DNA from: a virus
Lineage: Duplodnaviria; Caudoviricetes
DNA length: 26,634 nucleotides
IMG/VR virus record: IMGVR_UViG_3300021371_000090
Span: 1 to 26,634 of that record
Direction: 5' to 3' (one strand)
Below the pieces are notes generated by a model that had not been told where the DNA came from, ran no database searches, and saw nothing but the letters and a program-made list of their open reading frames with translations. The first letter of the stretch is position 1. Each line of letters begins with the position of its first letter. A program made the translations under genes and the position numbers. Below, piece after piece: positions 26,201-26,634 of this stretch.

Positions 26201-26634
26201 GGCATCAGGTATGAATCCTAGAGATGCTCAAAAAGCAGCTAAATCTACCGTAGCCAAGAGGGGGATGATGGGGACAGCTGCCAAACGACTGGGTGTGGTT
26301 GGATCGATAGGTTTCGGAGGTTATGAAGCTGGTTCAGCTTTCTTTGATAAAGATTTAGAACAATCTCAAAAAGACGAGAGATATAAGAGTGCTGCTGGCT
26401 CTACAACAGGAGCTTTGATAGGTGGACTGGCTGGTTCTTTACTTGGCCCAGTAGGTACAATTGTCGGATCGGCTGTTGGAGGATATTTAGGTGGTAAACT
26501 AGGAGACTCTGAAGGAGCAGATAGTGCTGTAGCTACTAGGAAACAGGAGTCTTTCAAAGAAGCTCAGACTTTCGGAATCTTAGATTTTAATGCATCTGAT
26601 TTTCAAGCAGCTATTGAGGAAAATCTAGACGCGA
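23202..26634 (+). CDS. tail tape measure protein (TP901-like core), truncated at window end
   Basis: Not in ORF track (no stop in window). MPTSLNASLNVSLNPQ...ELARQGLSAEET...AVSAQDLAEAFSRAG...RGGAVIGNAFKSIFTRI. Still in frame at 26634 (>1140 codons). Confidence 0.9.
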   Translation, partial: MPTSLNASLNVSLNPQSLNASTKQVQQALGRITGQASEFQKSLDASTARVFAFGATTAVLNGVTQSFKKLVSSTIEVEKRLIEINSIFQATDATFNKFRNSIFKVAKETGQSFATVADGAAELARQGLSAEETAKRLKASLVLTRISGLDAEKSVKALTAAINGFASAGLNANQIVNKLVAVDTAFAVSAQDLAEAFSRAGSTAEDAGVSFDQLLGLVTAVEQKTARGGAVIGNAFKSIFTRISRGNTIEKLKELGVEIDATQTGIQKLNALSVALQNVSDPTVASAIKELAGGVFQINVVSAALKDLGSDTSIFASAARTASQATNEAFEKNAELSKSISSQINVLVQGLTSLSEKIGTITFGPLLQNLIGLANKFTEFLDKALDPDKGNTFIKGLFKAIGSFLSGPAVVIFTAAFVKIFKLVARFAGEGLKSLFAIGTQTERIKNIEGGIVGLLQKDESLRNAITSSTITQAQKEQLVLNAIRSENKLLEQQAQLVRQIATSAAAKGVTGFSATSGTFKGRRGKRYASGFMEEEATARMLGAPDNVQAHFGKGTIGGRRFVMNDNEIEIPNFAGGNSAVIPMYAGGNMPKYGRGLLSPLKSRTDITTRQQAIDAGYSAAAASSRFGAAPKIASTPKMEDVIQVNPTGSAMLVPNIGRTSKIAKGTRGRFKFKGKNMGFEYGAGLGVYGPKIPQSVDKAANPQDERLRKNITRGVTTSAANYAGSLNPILGKPKPSQISKMLQRQGGGKGALRGVVGAAFEAAVNVGLGISPARRVDGGDFDIKGVSGEKRKDVNTMFGVKNQATNLYDYKENAGRGSYSSFAKKLANQGRYTTVKRPKFSKKGFAGGYMPKFAKGATGGVGGGGGLMIGLFALQGVLGGVTSSYEQNKSAVEADTEEKIQALKQSKKSYQEIKSGIKALKEEGKVRGEAKTAMEILAEKAMLAANALITLSTINMVSGGGLGKAGSFLMGKSGKAAKLTQAQNRARHAKELKQFRKNKASGMNPRDAQKAAKSTVAKRGMMGTAAKRLGVVGSIGFGGYEAGSAFFDKDLEQSQKDERYKSAAGSTTGALIGGLAGSLLGPVGTIVGSAVGGYLGGKLGDSEGADSAVATRKQESFKEAQTFGILDFNASDFQAAIEENLDA

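Noticed and set aside
26385-26505. Glycine-zipper segment as a toxin or bacteriocin
   Set aside because: In frame within the TMP, where such membrane-interacting repeats are common.
4192-26557. Numerous antisense and alternate-frame ORFs within structural genes (e.g. 4192..4698, 14776..15156, 23198..26557 set)
   Set aside because: Fully overlapped by well-supported + strand genes, including the TMP missing from the track.

Overview
Segment of a large tailed dsDNA phage genome (Caudoviricetes, siphovirus-like; no sheath gene seen), standard genetic code. Left ~3.9 kb (- strand): an accessory/early region of small ORFs (DUF932 protein, a truncated GP88-like gene, unknowns). These form short transcription units with sigma70-type promoters, mostly leaderless, and intrinsic terminators. 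The units are punctuated by three cassettes of paired 25-bp palindromes and one candidate structured RNA. After a strand switch at ~4 kb, the + strand carries phoH, a Zn-ribbon protein, a phage sigma factor, a coiled-coil protein, a C2H2-finger/ERCC4 nuclease, terminase large subunit, portal, protease/scaffold, decoration protein, major capsid, neck genes, two paralogous tail-tube genes, putative chaperones and a tape measure protein that runs off the window (missing from the ORF track). A GTGTAA motif precedes seven + strand genes, four of them at exactly 8 nt from the ATG, suggesting a phage-sigma late promoter producing leaderless mRNAs. All protein calls are from motif recognition and synteny, not database searches.
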